The notes under the pieces were generated by a model. The model was given only the letters and a program-made list of their open reading frames with translations, was not told the origin of the DNA and ran no database searches. Below, piece by piece: positions 9,999-20,129 of a DNA stretch of 64,000 nt (positions are counted from its first letter, which is position 1; the number at the start of each line of letters is the position of its first letter). Source of the DNA: Longimicrobiales bacterium (GTDB lineage: Bacteria; Gemmatimonadota; Gemmatimonadetes; Longimicrobiales; Gaopeijiaceae); contig OZ241892.1 in assembly GCA_965203485.1 (NCBI GenBank), positions 2,080,001 through 2,144,000 of the forward strand. The letters run 5' to 3'. The translations under genes were made by a program, and so were the position numbers.

Positions 9999-12761
9999 AT
10001 GAGACCAGGCCGATGGGCGTGGATCGCGTGCGTTGCGGTGGGATTGCCGGGAGCGAGCGACCAAGCCGCCGCCCAAGGCGCCCTGGCCGGCACCGTAAGG
10101 GCGGCCGGCACCGGAGACGTGCTGCCGGACGCGCGCGTGGCGATCGCCGGCCTCGGACTGGCCCGCGCCACGGACGCGGGCGGCGCGTACGAGATCACCG
10201 GCATTCCGGCCGGCGTCCAGACGGTCGAGTTCCAGTTGCTGGGCTTCCGAACGGAGACGCGCCAAGTCGCGATCGTCGCGGGCGAGACGGCGAGGGTGGA
10301 CGTGATCCTGGAAGAGAGCGCGATCGCGCTGGAAGGGCTCGTCGCGGTGGGCAGCCGGGCGCGGCCCCGGACCGTCACCGAGTCGCCGGTCCCGGTGGAC
10401 GCCATTCCGTCGGCGGAGATCGCCAACCAGGGCGACACGGACTTGAGCAGCCTGCTGCGCAACGTGGCGCCGTCGTACAACGTCAACACGCAACCGATCG
10501 CGGACGCCGCGACGATCTCGCGGCCGGCCAACCTGCGCAACTTGGCGCCCGATCACACGCTGGTGCTGATCAACGGGAAGCGGCGGCACCGGGCAGCGGC
10601 GATCACGTGGTTCGGCAACGGCGTGGCCGACGGCGCCCAAGGGCCCGACATCGCAGTGGTGCCTTCGATCGCGTTGCGCCAAGTCGAGATTCTCCGGGAC
10701 GGCGCATCGGCGCAGTACGGATCAGACGCCATTGCCGGAGTGATGAACTTCGAGCTCAAGAACAGCCGGTCGGGCGGGTCGGCGGAGTTCCGCACCGGCG
10801 CCTATCCTCTGAGCGGGGGCGACGGCGAGATGTACTCGTTCGCCGCAAACGCGGGCTTTCCGCTGGGCGAGCTGGGATTCGCGAACTTCAGCGCCGAGTA
10901 CGGGAACACGAATCCCACAAGCCGCAGCGTGCAACGCAACGACGCGCTCTCTCTCATCGCGGCGGGCAACTTGGACGTCGCGACGCCCGCCCAAGTCTGG
11001 GGTTCTCCAAGGGTCGAGGACGACCTCAAGCTGTGGGGCAACGTCGGCGCGTTCCTGAACGACCGCGTTCAGTTCTACGCGCACGGCAACTTTGCCTCGA
11101 AGCGCGTCACGGGCGGCTTCTACTTCCGCAATCCGAACTCGCGCCAAGCCATCTTCAGCAACGACGAAGGCGAGACGCTGCTCGTCGCCGACATGCTGGA
11201 CGCCAGCGACGGCGTGCTCGACGGCTCGGCCAACTGCCCGGTGGTTCGGATCACCGCGGGCCGACCCGATCCGGCGGCCCTGCAACAGGTGTTCGACGAC
11301 CCCAACTGCTTTTCGTTTCGCGAGGTCTTCCCCGGCGGCTACACGCCTCAATTCGGGGCGGACTATCTGGACGCCTCCGTCGTGGCCGGCGCGAAGGGCG
11401 AGAGCGGCGGGTTCGCGTGGGACGCCAGCACGACGTTCGGAACAAACAGGCTGGACTTCTTCATTCACGAGACGACCAACGCGTCGTTGGGGCCGAACAC
11501 GCCCACGAGCTTCGAACTGGGCGTCTACCAGCAGCAGGACCTCAACTTGAACGCGGACTTCTCCTATGCGGCCGGCGACATGGTGAACTTGGCCGGCGGC
11601 GGCGAGTGGCGGAGCGAAGGATTCGAGATCGGGATGGGCCAGCGGGAGTCGTGGGAAATCGGCCCGCTCGCGGCACAGGGATTCAGGGCGGCGGCGGACG
11701 GGTTCCCGGGGTTCGGGCCAATCGCCGCGGGCAGCTGGAGCCGGGCCAATTACGCCTTCTACGGCGACGCCGAGCTCCGCGAGCCGGACGAAGGGCGGTG
11801 GAACCTGGGCGCCGCGATCCGCTTCGAGGACTTCGAGAGCTTTGGCACCACGCTGAACGGCAAGCTCGCGGGACGCTACGGACTCACGGACGCCTTGGCG
11901 TTGCGCGGGAGCGTCAGCACGGGCTTCCGCGCCCCGACGCCCGGCCAGCAGAACGCCTTCAACGTGACGACGGAGTTCGACAGGGAACTGAACGCGCCGG
12001 TCAACAAGGCGACGATCGCGTCGTCCTCCGAAGTCGCCAAGCTGCGTGACGGTCGAGCGCTGGACCCGGAGACTTCGCTCAACGTCGCCCTCGGGGCGGT
12101 GATGGGGTGGACGCAACTCAACTTGACGGTCGACTACTTTCGCATCGCGGTGGCGAGCCGCATCTCGCTGACGCAGGACTTCAGGCTGACGCAAGCCGAG
12201 GTGGACCAGCTTCTGGCCGAGGGCATCTCCAGCGCAGGCGACGTGCGCGACTTCCGCTTCTTCACCAACGACTTCGACACGCGCACGCACGGCGTGGACG
12301 TCGTGGCCACGTATCAGCCCGAGGCGCTGGAGGACAACACCACGTTCACCTTCCTGTTCAATCACACGGACACCAAGGTGACGAGCTACAGCCCCGACGT
12401 GCTGGACGAACGGCGCATCCTCGAGCTCCGGAGGGCCCTTCCGCGCAGCCGCTGGAACCTGTCGGCCACGCACGCGCCGGCGCCCTGGCGCTTCCTCGTC
12501 CGCATGAACTACTTCGGCGGCTGGTACGATTCGGAGGACGTGCGCTTCAACGACGCAGGCGTCACGGTCGACATGGAGGCCGCGTACTCCGTCACGGAGG
12601 CGGCCAGCTTCACCGTCGGCGCGCAGAACGCGCTCAACAAGTTCCCCGGCCTCAATCCCAACGCGCCGCAGGTCGGCAACCCGTACAGCCAGTTCTCGCC
12701 CTACGGCTTCAACGGCGCCTTCTTCTACGCCCGGCTCAGCTACCAGTGGAGCTGGAACTAG
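9999..12761 (+). CDS. TonB-dependent receptor
   Basis: Signal peptide, carboxypeptidase-regulatory-like N-domain, plug motifs (TLVLINGKRRH; VEILRDGASAQYGSDAIAGVMN), STGFRAP, aromatic C-terminal strand. Confidence 0.93.
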   Translation: MRPGRWAWIACVAVGLPGASDQAAAQGALAGTVRAAGTGDVLPDARVAIAGLGLARATDAGGAYEITGIPAGVQTVEFQLLGFRTETRQVAIVAGETARVDVILEESAIALEGLVAVGSRARPRTVTESPVPVDAIPSAEIANQGDTDLSSLLRNVAPSYNVNTQPIADAATISRPANLRNLAPDHTLVLINGKRRHRAAAITWFGNGVADGAQGPDIAVVPSIALRQVEILRDGASAQYGSDAIAGVMNFELKNSRSGGSAEFRTGAYPLSGGDGEMYSFAANAGFPLGELGFANFSAEYGNTNPTSRSVQRNDALSLIAAGNLDVATPAQVWGSPRVEDDLKLWGNVGAFLNDRVQFYAHGNFASKRVTGGFYFRNPNSRQAIFSNDEGETLLVADMLDASDGVLDGSANCPVVRITAGRPDPAALQQVFDDPNCFSFREVFPGGYTPQFGADYLDASVVAGAKGESGGFAWDASTTFGTNRLDFFIHETTNASLGPNTPTSFELGVYQQQDLNLNADFSYAAGDMVNLAGGGEWRSEGFEIGMGQRESWEIGPLAAQGFRAAADGFPGFGPIAAGSWSRANYAFYGDAELREPDEGRWNLGAAIRFEDFESFGTTLNGKLAGRYGLTDALALRGSVSTGFRAPTPGQQNAFNVTTEFDRELNAPVNKATIASSSEVAKLRDGRALDPETSLNVALGAVMGWTQLNLTVDYFRIAVASRISLTQDFRLTQAEVDQLLAEGISSAGDVRDFRFFTNDFDTRTHGVDVVATYQPEALEDNTTFTFLFNHTDTKVTSYSPDVLDERRILELRRALPRSRWNLSATHAPAPWRFLVRMNYFGGWYDSEDVRFNDAGVTVDMEAAYSVTEAASFTVGAQNALNKFPGLNPNAPQVGNPYSQFSPYGFNGAFFYARLSYQWSWN

Positions 12762-12875
12762 GGTCGCGCGTCGGCGCGGCCCGGCCGACACGGGCCGCTC
12801 GTCCGCGCTCGTCTTGAGCCGCCACGAAGGCGGCCGTCGTCGCGCCGGCCCCGAAGGGGCGGCGCCCTGCCTCGC

Positions 12876-13133
12876 TCAGCTCGTCTTGAGCCGCCTGGGT
12901 TCGCCCTCCTCGGAGGAGTCCTGGCTTCTGGAAGCCAAGGGCTCGCGAGGCGTGGACTTGACGTCGGCGTCGGTACGGACCGAAGACTGAATCTCGCGCA
13001 CGGACGACTTGAACTCTCTGATTCCCTTCCCCAGGGACGAGCCGATCTCGGGCAACCGCTTCGCTCCGAAGAGAAGCAGAACCACCACGAAGACGAAGAT
13101 CATCTCGCCGGGGCCGAACGAGCCGAACGGCAT
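12876..13133 (-). CDS. tatA: twin-arginine translocase subunit TatA
   Basis: LLLFGAKRLPEIGSSLGKGIREFK; AGGAGG RBS. Confidence 0.93.
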   Translation of the reverse strand: MPFGSFGPGEMIFVFVVVLLLFGAKRLPEIGSSLGKGIREFKSSVREIQSSVRTDADVKSTPREPLASRSQDSSEEGEPRRLKTS

Positions 13134-13305
13134 TTTCACCTCCTGGGCCCTAGGGGCTCCCCGGCGGCCGCGTGCCGACAGGGCTGAACCGTGAAATGTA
13201 AGCCCGCGACGGACGGGGCGCCTGCGCGCAACTCGCCGCGCCAATCCGGCGTGTCCCTGCAACGCCGACCTGCACCGGGCCACGAGCCTTGCCCGGGACC
13301 ACGAA

Positions 13306-13584
13306 CTACATCCAGGACCTCACGACCACCGCCACGACGCCGATCGACAGCAGCACCAGCGCGTTGAGCGTGAATCCGACCGGTCCCACGGATATGGTCA
13401 TCGTGACCAAATCGAGGGAAAACGGCCCCACCGAGCCCGAGACGCCCGCCGTGAAGAAGGTGCGGGCCGTGCTCTCGGGGAGGCCCTCTGCCAGCTTCGT
13501 CAGCAAGCCGCCCAGGACGAAGCCCACGACGGCGGTCAGCGCCGCCCGGTTGACGCGGCCCTTGCGGATCGGATCCATGCGCAA
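13306..13584 (-). CDS. small membrane protein (DUF4321-like)
   Basis: Two hydrophobic segments; GPFSLDLVTMTISVG. Confidence 0.6.
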   Translation of the reverse strand: MRMDPIRKGRVNRAALTAVVGFVLGGLLTKLAEGLPESTARTFFTAGVSGSVGPFSLDLVTMTISVGPVGFTLNALVLLSIGVVAVVVRSWM

Positions 13585-13603
13585 TTGGTCTCCAGTCGGT
13601 CTG

Positions 13604-14608
13604 TCAGCGTGAGCGCTCGACGGCGTAGACGACCGATTCGCGCAACGCGTCCAGGGCGTCGCACGGCGCCAGGCCGTCCAGCGCGGCTTCAGCGGCGGTC
13701 GCGTAGTCGCGGGCCTTCGAGCGGGCGTATTCCAATCCTCCGTGCTCGATCACCAAGCCGACCACTTCGTGGACCTGCGCCTCGCTCGGCCGGTCGGAAC
13801 CGAACATGTCGCGCACGCGCTTGACGCCCCCGGGGGGCATCCGGCGCAAGGCGCCGACGAGAGGCAGCGTGACTTTGCGCTCGCGCAGGTCCTGGCCGGG
13901 AGGCTTGCCGGTCTCTCCCTGGCTTCCCGCGTAGTCGAGCACGTCGTCCGCGATCTGGAACGCAGTGCCCAGAGATCGCCCGAAGCAACGGAGCGGGCGG
14001 CGATACTCGCCGTGGCCGGCGAGCGCTCCCATCTCGCAGGCCGCGGCCATGAGCGACGCGGTCTTGGCGTCCACCAAGCGAAAGTACTCTTCTTCGGAGT
14101 ACTCGATGTCGTCGTAGGAAAGGAGTTGCCGCATCTCGCCCACGCTCATCTCGTTGGCGGCCGACGCCAGGACGCGCAGGGCCTCCAGATTGCCCAGGAC
14201 GGACAGCTCGGTCACGGAGCGGCTGTACAAGTAGTCGCCCATGATGATGGCGATCTGGTGCGTCCACAGCGAGTTGACCGTGGGCATGCCGCGGCGCAGA
14301 GGCGAGTGGTCCACGGCGTCGTCGTGGAGCAGCGTCGCCATGTGCACCAGTTCAACGGCGACGGCCATCCGCGTCGCCTCCGCGCGCGCCTCTCCGCCGA
14401 GTTCGCTGGACAGCAGAAGGAGCGTGGGCCTGAACAGCTTTCCCGGCACTGCCAGCAGATAGGCGTTGACCTCCTCGATCATCGAAAGGTCGGACGACGC
14501 GATGCGACGCAAGCCATGCGCGACTTCGGCCAGGCGACCCTCGACCGGGGCCTGAATGTGCGGCAGCTGCGCCGCGGCGCGGTCCAGCGTCGGTGCGAGG
14601 TTCTTCAT
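13604..14608 (-). CDS. polyprenyl diphosphate synthase (IspB/HepT-like)
   Basis: GKLFRP, ATLLHDDAVDHSPLRRG, KTASL, FQIADDVLDY. Confidence 0.93.
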   Translation of the reverse strand: MKNLAPTLDRAAAQLPHIQAPVEGRLAEVAHGLRRIASSDLSMIEEVNAYLLAVPGKLFRPTLLLLSSELGGEARAEATRMAVAVELVHMATLLHDDAVDHSPLRRGMPTVNSLWTHQIAIIMGDYLYSRSVTELSVLGNLEALRVLASAANEMSVGEMRQLLSYDDIEYSEEEYFRLVDAKTASLMAAACEMGALAGHGEYRRPLRCFGRSLGTAFQIADDVLDYAGSQGETGKPPGQDLRERKVTLPLVGALRRMPPGGVKRVRDMFGSDRPSEAQVHEVVGLVIEHGGLEYARSKARDYATAAEAALDGLAPCDALDALRESVVYAVERSR

Positions 14609-14639
14609 GCGCGAGAGCGGGAGGGAAGCAAGGCCAAAG

Positions 14640-15671
14640 CTAGCATTGTTTGCCCCCGGCGTCCGTCGGCGCCAAGTGCCGGGCGGCTCTGCGGGCCAGC
14701 ACGCGGTCGGGCGACCAGTCGCGAACACGAAGCGCCTCGGCCGCGGACTGCTCGGCGAGCGCGTCCGGCAGCAGGCCGATCACCTCGGAACTCTCGGCCT
14801 TGCCTCCGTGCCGGCGCGCCCCGCGCTCGACCGCGGCAAACACCGCCGCCGGTGGCGCCGCCGCAAGGTCGCCGACGGTCATCGATACCTGCAGCCGGCC
14901 CTGCCTGGGCAGGCTCAGCGCGAGGGCCCGGACGCTCGGCAGGCCGCCGCCCGATTCGCGAACTTCGGCCGCGATCTCCTTGGCCGCCGCCATCGGCACG
15001 CCGGCCAAGTCGACGTTCCAGGCCAACAGGACGTCGCGCGCACCCACGCAGACGGCGCCCGCGGTCGGGTGCGCATAGAAGCGAGCCGGGCGTCCGGCGG
15101 CGTCCAGGCCGGGCAGATCCGCCGGACGCGGATCGTCGCGCGCGGAGCCGTCCGGACGCGACGGCTCCGCCGGACCGCCGCCCACGGCCGCCTCCCGCCG
15201 CGCCAGACGTTCGAAGCCGCCACGGCGGATCGTCGCGAGCCCGCGCCCCGGAGGAACCGACGATCGCCCGTACAAATAGATGGGCACGCCCATCCCCGCC
15301 AGCCGCTTGGCGGCGCTCGCGGCCGCCGACTCCGCCTCGGCCGTGTCTCTCCCGGCCACGGGGAAGAAGGGCAACACGTCCATCGCCCCCACGCGCGGAT
15401 GCACGCCTCGGTGCCGACGCATGTCCACTCGCTCCAGCGCCGCCGCCAGGGCCGCCGCCGATCCGTCCACCAGCGCCGCCGCGCTCCCCAGGACCGTCAG
15501 CACGCACCGGTGGTGGTCCGGGTCGGCGGTCGCGTGGGCCACGTCGCATCCGGCGTCGGAGTAGGCCGCCGCCACCGCTTCCCCGAACGCCGGGTCGCGG
15601 CCCTCGCTGAAGTTCGGCGCCGCGGCCAGGACCCCGCCTCCGCTCGCCGGCCCCGACGCTGCTCCCGCCAT
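14640..15671 (-). CDS. glutamate formimidoyltransferase (FTCD N-terminal part only)
   Basis: PNFSEGRD, DPDHHRCVLT, DMRRHRGVHPRVGAMDVLPF, HPTAGA. Confidence 0.85.
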   Translation of the reverse strand: MAGAASGPASGGGVLAAAPNFSEGRDPAFGEAVAAAYSDAGCDVAHATADPDHHRCVLTVLGSAAALVDGSAAALAAALERVDMRRHRGVHPRVGAMDVLPFFPVAGRDTAEAESAAASAAKRLAGMGVPIYLYGRSSVPPGRGLATIRRGGFERLARREAAVGGGPAEPSRPDGSARDDPRPADLPGLDAAGRPARFYAHPTAGAVCVGARDVLLAWNVDLAGVPMAAAKEIAAEVRESGGGLPSVRALALSLPRQGRLQVSMTVGDLAAAPPAAVFAAVERGARRHGGKAESSEVIGLLPDALAEQSAAEALRVRDWSPDRVLARRAARHLAPTDAGGKQC

Positions 15672-15738
15672 TGCTCCGCCCGGCCCGACGACGGCCGGCC
15701 GCTCGCCCGTCTTCTCGCCGTCCCCCGAGCCGCGGCCG

Positions 15739-16869
15739 CTACGTCGGCCCGGTTCCACGACGCCGGTCCAGGCTTCGGTTGTTCGCCTGCGTCTGGTACG
15801 CCCAGTCGAAGACGACGAACTCGCGGCCGTTCTGGTCGATGCCCGTGCTCTCGACCCGCACAGCGCCGAAGCGGACCTGCCGGTCGTCGCCGAGAACGCG
15901 GAACATCGCCGTGAATCCGGCCGCCGCCCGAATCGGGCTGGCGCCGTAGCCCCTGGCGGGCGCCTCGTCCCACGACACGCAGTCGGCGTCCGAGGCCGGC
16001 CCGCAGGCCAGCGCCGTCGTCGCCCGCGTCGAGCGGTGCGCGCCGACGCCCTCCGCCGGCTCGATCCAGAGGCCGTCCTCGCGGGCGTCGACCCGAAAGT
16101 GGCGAGACGGATCGGCCCCGCCCGTAACCGCCTGGTCGGCGTCCGAGGTGGTGAAGCGAAAGCCCGAAGAATCGGGAGCGTCCCGGTGCGCGAGCACGAC
16201 TTCGCCCGCGTAGTCGGGACGCGGCGTTGCGCGCGCCGCCGGGCTGCCGCGGCTTTCGTGTCCGTGCAGGTCGCTCGACGTCACGAAGTAGGCGTAGGTC
16301 GTCCCGTTCTCGGCCAAGAAGTCGACGAAGCCGGGCGAATCGGTGTCGCCGAGCCGCACGCTCTCGTCCGATTCGTCCAGGTAGACCGCGTACAGCGAAA
16401 AGTCCTCCTCGTCCGCGGGCGCGTTGTCCCAACTGATGTACACGGCTCCGTCGAGCGCAACGGCGTCGACGAACGTGGGAGCCGGCGGGGGTTCGGGCCG
16501 CGGCACGCTCACCGACACCTCGCGGCTCGGGCTCTCCGGCCCGCCGCGGGGCGAGACCGCCGAGACGTAGTAGAAGTAAGTGACGCCCGGCGCCACGTTG
16601 AGGTCCCGGTACGCGCACCACCCCGCCGAACAACTCGTCACTTCGGCGACGAAGGCGTAGGCCGCGTCCGTCTCCCGCTTGGCGTAGACGCGGAACGACT
16701 CGCCGTCCCACTGCGCGCCCAGGCGCCATTCCAAGTCCACGCCCCCGGCGTAGTACGATGCCCGCACGTCTTCGGGCGCGGCGGGCGCGGCGCCCACCAC
16801 CAGAACGCTTTCCTCGTCGCAACCGGCCAGCGCCAAGACGGCCAGGCACGTCGTTCCCATTCTCTTCAT
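15739..16869 (-). CDS. lipoprotein with fibronectin type III-like repeats
   Basis: Lipobox LALAGC; two Fn3-like units (YFYYVSAV...ES; YAYFVTS...GHES). Confidence 0.7.
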   Translation of the reverse strand: MKRMGTTCLAVLALAGCDEESVLVVGAAPAAPEDVRASYYAGGVDLEWRLGAQWDGESFRVYAKRETDAAYAFVAEVTSCSAGWCAYRDLNVAPGVTYFYYVSAVSPRGGPESPSREVSVSVPRPEPPPAPTFVDAVALDGAVYISWDNAPADEEDFSLYAVYLDESDESVRLGDTDSPGFVDFLAENGTTYAYFVTSSDLHGHESRGSPAARATPRPDYAGEVVLAHRDAPDSSGFRFTTSDADQAVTGGADPSRHFRVDAREDGLWIEPAEGVGAHRSTRATTALACGPASDADCVSWDEAPARGYGASPIRAAAGFTAMFRVLGDDRQVRFGAVRVESTGIDQNGREFVVFDWAYQTQANNRSLDRRRGTGPT

Positions 16870-17138
16870 TTGCTTCCCCCTCGGTCGGCGTGAAGGCGCC
16901 GGTCCGCAAGCGGGCGGCCGACGCGATGCTGTTTTTCCCAGCCGACTCCCTTGCATGGTCCGTGCCGGAAACGCCAACCATGGCAGGCCTGCAAATTGCG
17001 CGAACGAGAGGCGCCGGGATGTAGCGCGGAGGAGACACGTCGGACACACGCGCGCGAGCCGCCGCGAGAGGCAACCGGGAACGCGGGCGGCCGACCGGCA
17101 CACGGCGACGGCGTGGGCGCAGGCCCGCAACGGCCATG

Positions 17139-20129
17139 TCACCGGGCGAGGCGCGACCGTTGCTCGTAGTCCACGTGGAGGTCGCGGTTGTCGCGCAGGG
17201 CCACCTCGAACATGAAGCTCCAATTGCCGGTCGCGGTCTGGCGAAACGAGAAGTCCGCGTTCCAACGGTGCAGGTCGCGCTGCAGGCTCACGACGTGATC
17301 GTTGAACGCGCGCGCCTCCACGTCGTAGGACGTCCGCCAGTTCACCGACCACTTCTCCGTAGGCTGGAACCTCAGGGCCGATTGCAACATCTGGCTGGGC
17401 GCGGTGGCCGCGTCGCGCGACCGGGCCAACGAGTACGACAACGACGCGTTCCATCGCCCGACGCCCCCGGCGCGCGGTCCCCGGCTCGGGAACTGCTCGC
17501 GCTGGTCGCCGAAGCCGGGCACGACCGCCGGGTCGCCCCGGTCCAGGTCGCCGAGGCCCACCGGATCGTCCAGGGGATCCTCCTCCTCCTCCAGTTCCTC
17601 CGGCGCCTCGGGCTCCGAATCCGCGGCATCCCCGGCGTCGCCGCGCCCCCGCAACCAGCGGAACAGCGCCGATTGGCTGTTGAGCGAAAACGACAGGTTG
17701 ACGCTGGACAGGAAGGGCGAGAAGGTCCGCTGGCCGCCGTCCGGGCCCGCGCCCGAATCGTCGAAGACGTCGAGTTCGGTCGAGAGCGAAAGTCCGCGCA
17801 GGTAGTCCGAGCTGAACTGGTTGGCCACGCGCAAGTTGGCGGCGAAGCCGCGCGTGAAGTGCCCCAGCCTGCTGGCTTGTTCGAAGTCGTAGGCGACCGC
17901 GCTCGTGCGCCATGCCAGCAACGTCACCTTCTCGGACATGGCGGCGCGCCGGGGTCCGTCGGCCGGACCTGACCGGGCGCTGTTCGCCGAGTCCGCCTCG
18001 TCGCCCCCGCGCCGCGCCTCGAACGTCTGGTTCAGGCCGACGACGATTTGGTTCCTGGGATGGACCGCGCGCGAGCCGAAGACGGCCTCTTGGAGCGGCG
18101 TGGGCCGGGTCTCGGGCGAATACGAGTAGTCGAAGCTGGTGGAGATCTTGTGTCGGACGCGGCCGCCGGCGTAGAAGCCGTAGACGTCCGACTTGAGCTG
18201 GGCGCCGAACGATATGCGCGTCGGGGCCGCGGTGAAGCCGCTCGACGCGGACGACGTGTCGGACCTGATCGAGCGGCCCGAGATGGAAAGCTGCGGGGTC
18301 AGCGTAGTCGAGCCGACGAGGTTCTGCTGGTAGTTGACGCGGGTCGCCCACGTGAGCTCGTCCGCCGAGAAGTCGGTCGTCCCGGCGGCGGCGACGGCGG
18401 CGGGCGCGAAGATCGGACGGGCCAGGTCGGCCACGCTCCCGACGCCGGCCTGCGACGCCGGATCGGCAGGGTCGAAGAAGCCGCTGGGCACGTCCAGCGA
18501 GGTGTTGCGCCGGAGGCTCGCGTTCTGCGCCACCGACAGTGCGCCGACGGACAGCGTCGTGGAGAGCGCTCCCTGCAGCGTTTCGTTGTCCGCGGCGGCG
18601 AGGGTAAAGGCGGCTTCCGGGTCTGGAGCGGGCAGGTCGCGGATCGAGCGCGAGAAGTTGCCGGACGCCGAGAGCGTCATGTTGTGGTAGAACCGCGCCC
18701 GAGACGGGGACGGTTCGCGGAAGAGCGTGATGGTGGACAGGGACAGGTTGGCCGTCGGAAGCGTCATCTCCACGCGGTCGTCCGAAAGGAACTGGCGCCG
18801 GTTGAAGCTGAGCGACAGGTTGCCCCAGTCGAAGCGGCGGTTGAGCCCGCCGTCGGAGTCGATCGACTGGGTGACCTGTCGCGGGTCGAACGAGTTGCGC
18901 CGCACGAAGTCGGCGCTCGAAGCGTAGCGGAAGGCCGCCCGCATCTGGGTCCGCTCCGACAGCTCCCACTCGTGGCTGGTGTCGATCGCCAGCTCGGAGC
19001 CGCCTTCGTTGCGCCAGAACTGCTGGAAGTTGGCCCTCCCGTCCAGGAAGCGGCGGAGCCACCGGTACCTGAAGCCGCCCTTCACCGCCAAGTAGTTTCC
19101 GCTCCACCAGTCCACGGCCGCCCCCGCGTCCGTGTAGTCGCTCATGGCCCAGTAGAAGCCCAGGTTGGAGACGCGGCGCGAGTAGCTTCCGGACGTGCGG
19201 ACGATGTCGTTCACCGAGAAGCGGATCGGGAGCAGGCCGGAGCGGCGTCCCCGCTCGGTGCTCTGAGCCACGAACGGCAACCAGAAGACGGGCACGTCGG
19301 CGAAGTAGAGCAGCACGTTGCGAGCGACCAGAGTTCCTCCCGGCTCCATCTTGAGCGCGCGAGCGACGAAGTGATAGTGCGGTTCGTCTTCTTCGCAGCT
19401 GGTGAACATGATGTCGTGTCCGTACGAGACGTCGCGGCTTACCCAGTCGAAGTCGCCCTCCACGATCCACTCGCCGGTGACCGCGCTCGTCTTCGTTCGC
19501 GCGCCGAGCGCCGTTCCTCTCTCCTGGTTCAGGTCGAACACCAGCCTGCGCACCTGGACTTCGTCGCCCTGCTGGGGCCGGTAGGTCGCCTCTCGTCCAA
19601 CGGTGACCAGACGGCCCGTCTCTTCGTTGAAGACCAGCGCCGAGTCGCCCGCCAGCTCCATGCCGTCGCGGATCAGGCGCGCCTCCGACTCCGACGAGCC
19701 GGCGAGCGTCAGGACGCGCGACCGAGCATCGAAGCTGACTCCCGTGCCTTCGTACTGCACAACGTCGTAGCCGGGCAACGCGAGCAGCGCCTGCAACGTG
19801 GAGTCGGCGGCCGACTGCCCGCGCTCGCCTGCGCTCCGACGATCCGACGAGTCGGCGGCCGAGAGGCCCGACGAGTCGCCGAGTTGCCGCGCGAGCCGCT
19901 CGAGGCGCAGACGCATCTCCGCCACCAGCGAGTCGGCGGCCTCCTGGCTCGCCGCGGGCGCCGCCGAGCAGGCCAGCGCGGGCAGCAGGAGCGCGAGCCG
20001 GTGCAACCTGCGGGCGGGGCGGCCCAGTCGAGCCGGGCGGAGCCGCCCGGCGAACCGACGGAGCCGGTGCCGCCTGCCCGGCGCCGAGCGCCGAACGGGC
20101 CGGTGCATCCGCGTCCGGAGCGGCCTCAT
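17139..20129 (-). CDS. lptD: LPS-assembly protein LptD-like
   Basis: FTSCEEDEPHYHF, LYFADVPVFWLPF, RRSGLL, NLGFYWAMSDY, C-terminal LQRDLHRW. The start is uncertain. Confidence 0.82.
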   Translation of the reverse strand: MRPLRTRMHRPVRRSAPGRRHRLRRFAGRLRPARLGRPARRLHRLALLLPALACSAAPAASQEAADSLVAEMRLRLERLARQLGDSSGLSAADSSDRRSAGERGQSAADSTLQALLALPGYDVVQYEGTGVSFDARSRVLTLAGSSESEARLIRDGMELAGDSALVFNEETGRLVTVGREATYRPQQGDEVQVRRLVFDLNQERGTALGARTKTSAVTGEWIVEGDFDWVSRDVSYGHDIMFTSCEEDEPHYHFVARALKMEPGGTLVARNVLLYFADVPVFWLPFVAQSTERGRRSGLLPIRFSVNDIVRTSGSYSRRVSNLGFYWAMSDYTDAGAAVDWWSGNYLAVKGGFRYRWLRRFLDGRANFQQFWRNEGGSELAIDTSHEWELSERTQMRAAFRYASSADFVRRNSFDPRQVTQSIDSDGGLNRRFDWGNLSLSFNRRQFLSDDRVEMTLPTANLSLSTITLFREPSPSRARFYHNMTLSASGNFSRSIRDLPAPDPEAAFTLAAADNETLQGALSTTLSVGALSVAQNASLRRNTSLDVPSGFFDPADPASQAGVGSVADLARPIFAPAAVAAAGTTDFSADELTWATRVNYQQNLVGSTTLTPQLSISGRSIRSDTSSASSGFTAAPTRISFGAQLKSDVYGFYAGGRVRHKISTSFDYSYSPETRPTPLQEAVFGSRAVHPRNQIVVGLNQTFEARRGGDEADSANSARSGPADGPRRAAMSEKVTLLAWRTSAVAYDFEQASRLGHFTRGFAANLRVANQFSSDYLRGLSLSTELDVFDDSGAGPDGGQRTFSPFLSSVNLSFSLNSQSALFRWLRGRGDAGDAADSEPEAPEELEEEEDPLDDPVGLGDLDRGDPAVVPGFGDQREQFPSRGPRAGGVGRWNASLSYSLARSRDAATAPSQMLQSALRFQPTEKWSVNWRTSYDVEARAFNDHVVSLQRDLHRWNADFSFRQTATGNWSFMFEVALRDNRDLHVDYEQRSRLAR

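Noticed and set aside
12807..12895. 17-bp direct repeat GCTCGTCTTGAGCCGCC near the tatA 3' end as an att site
   Set aside because: The copies are only ~70 bp apart with no cargo or integrase between them; most likely a local duplication.
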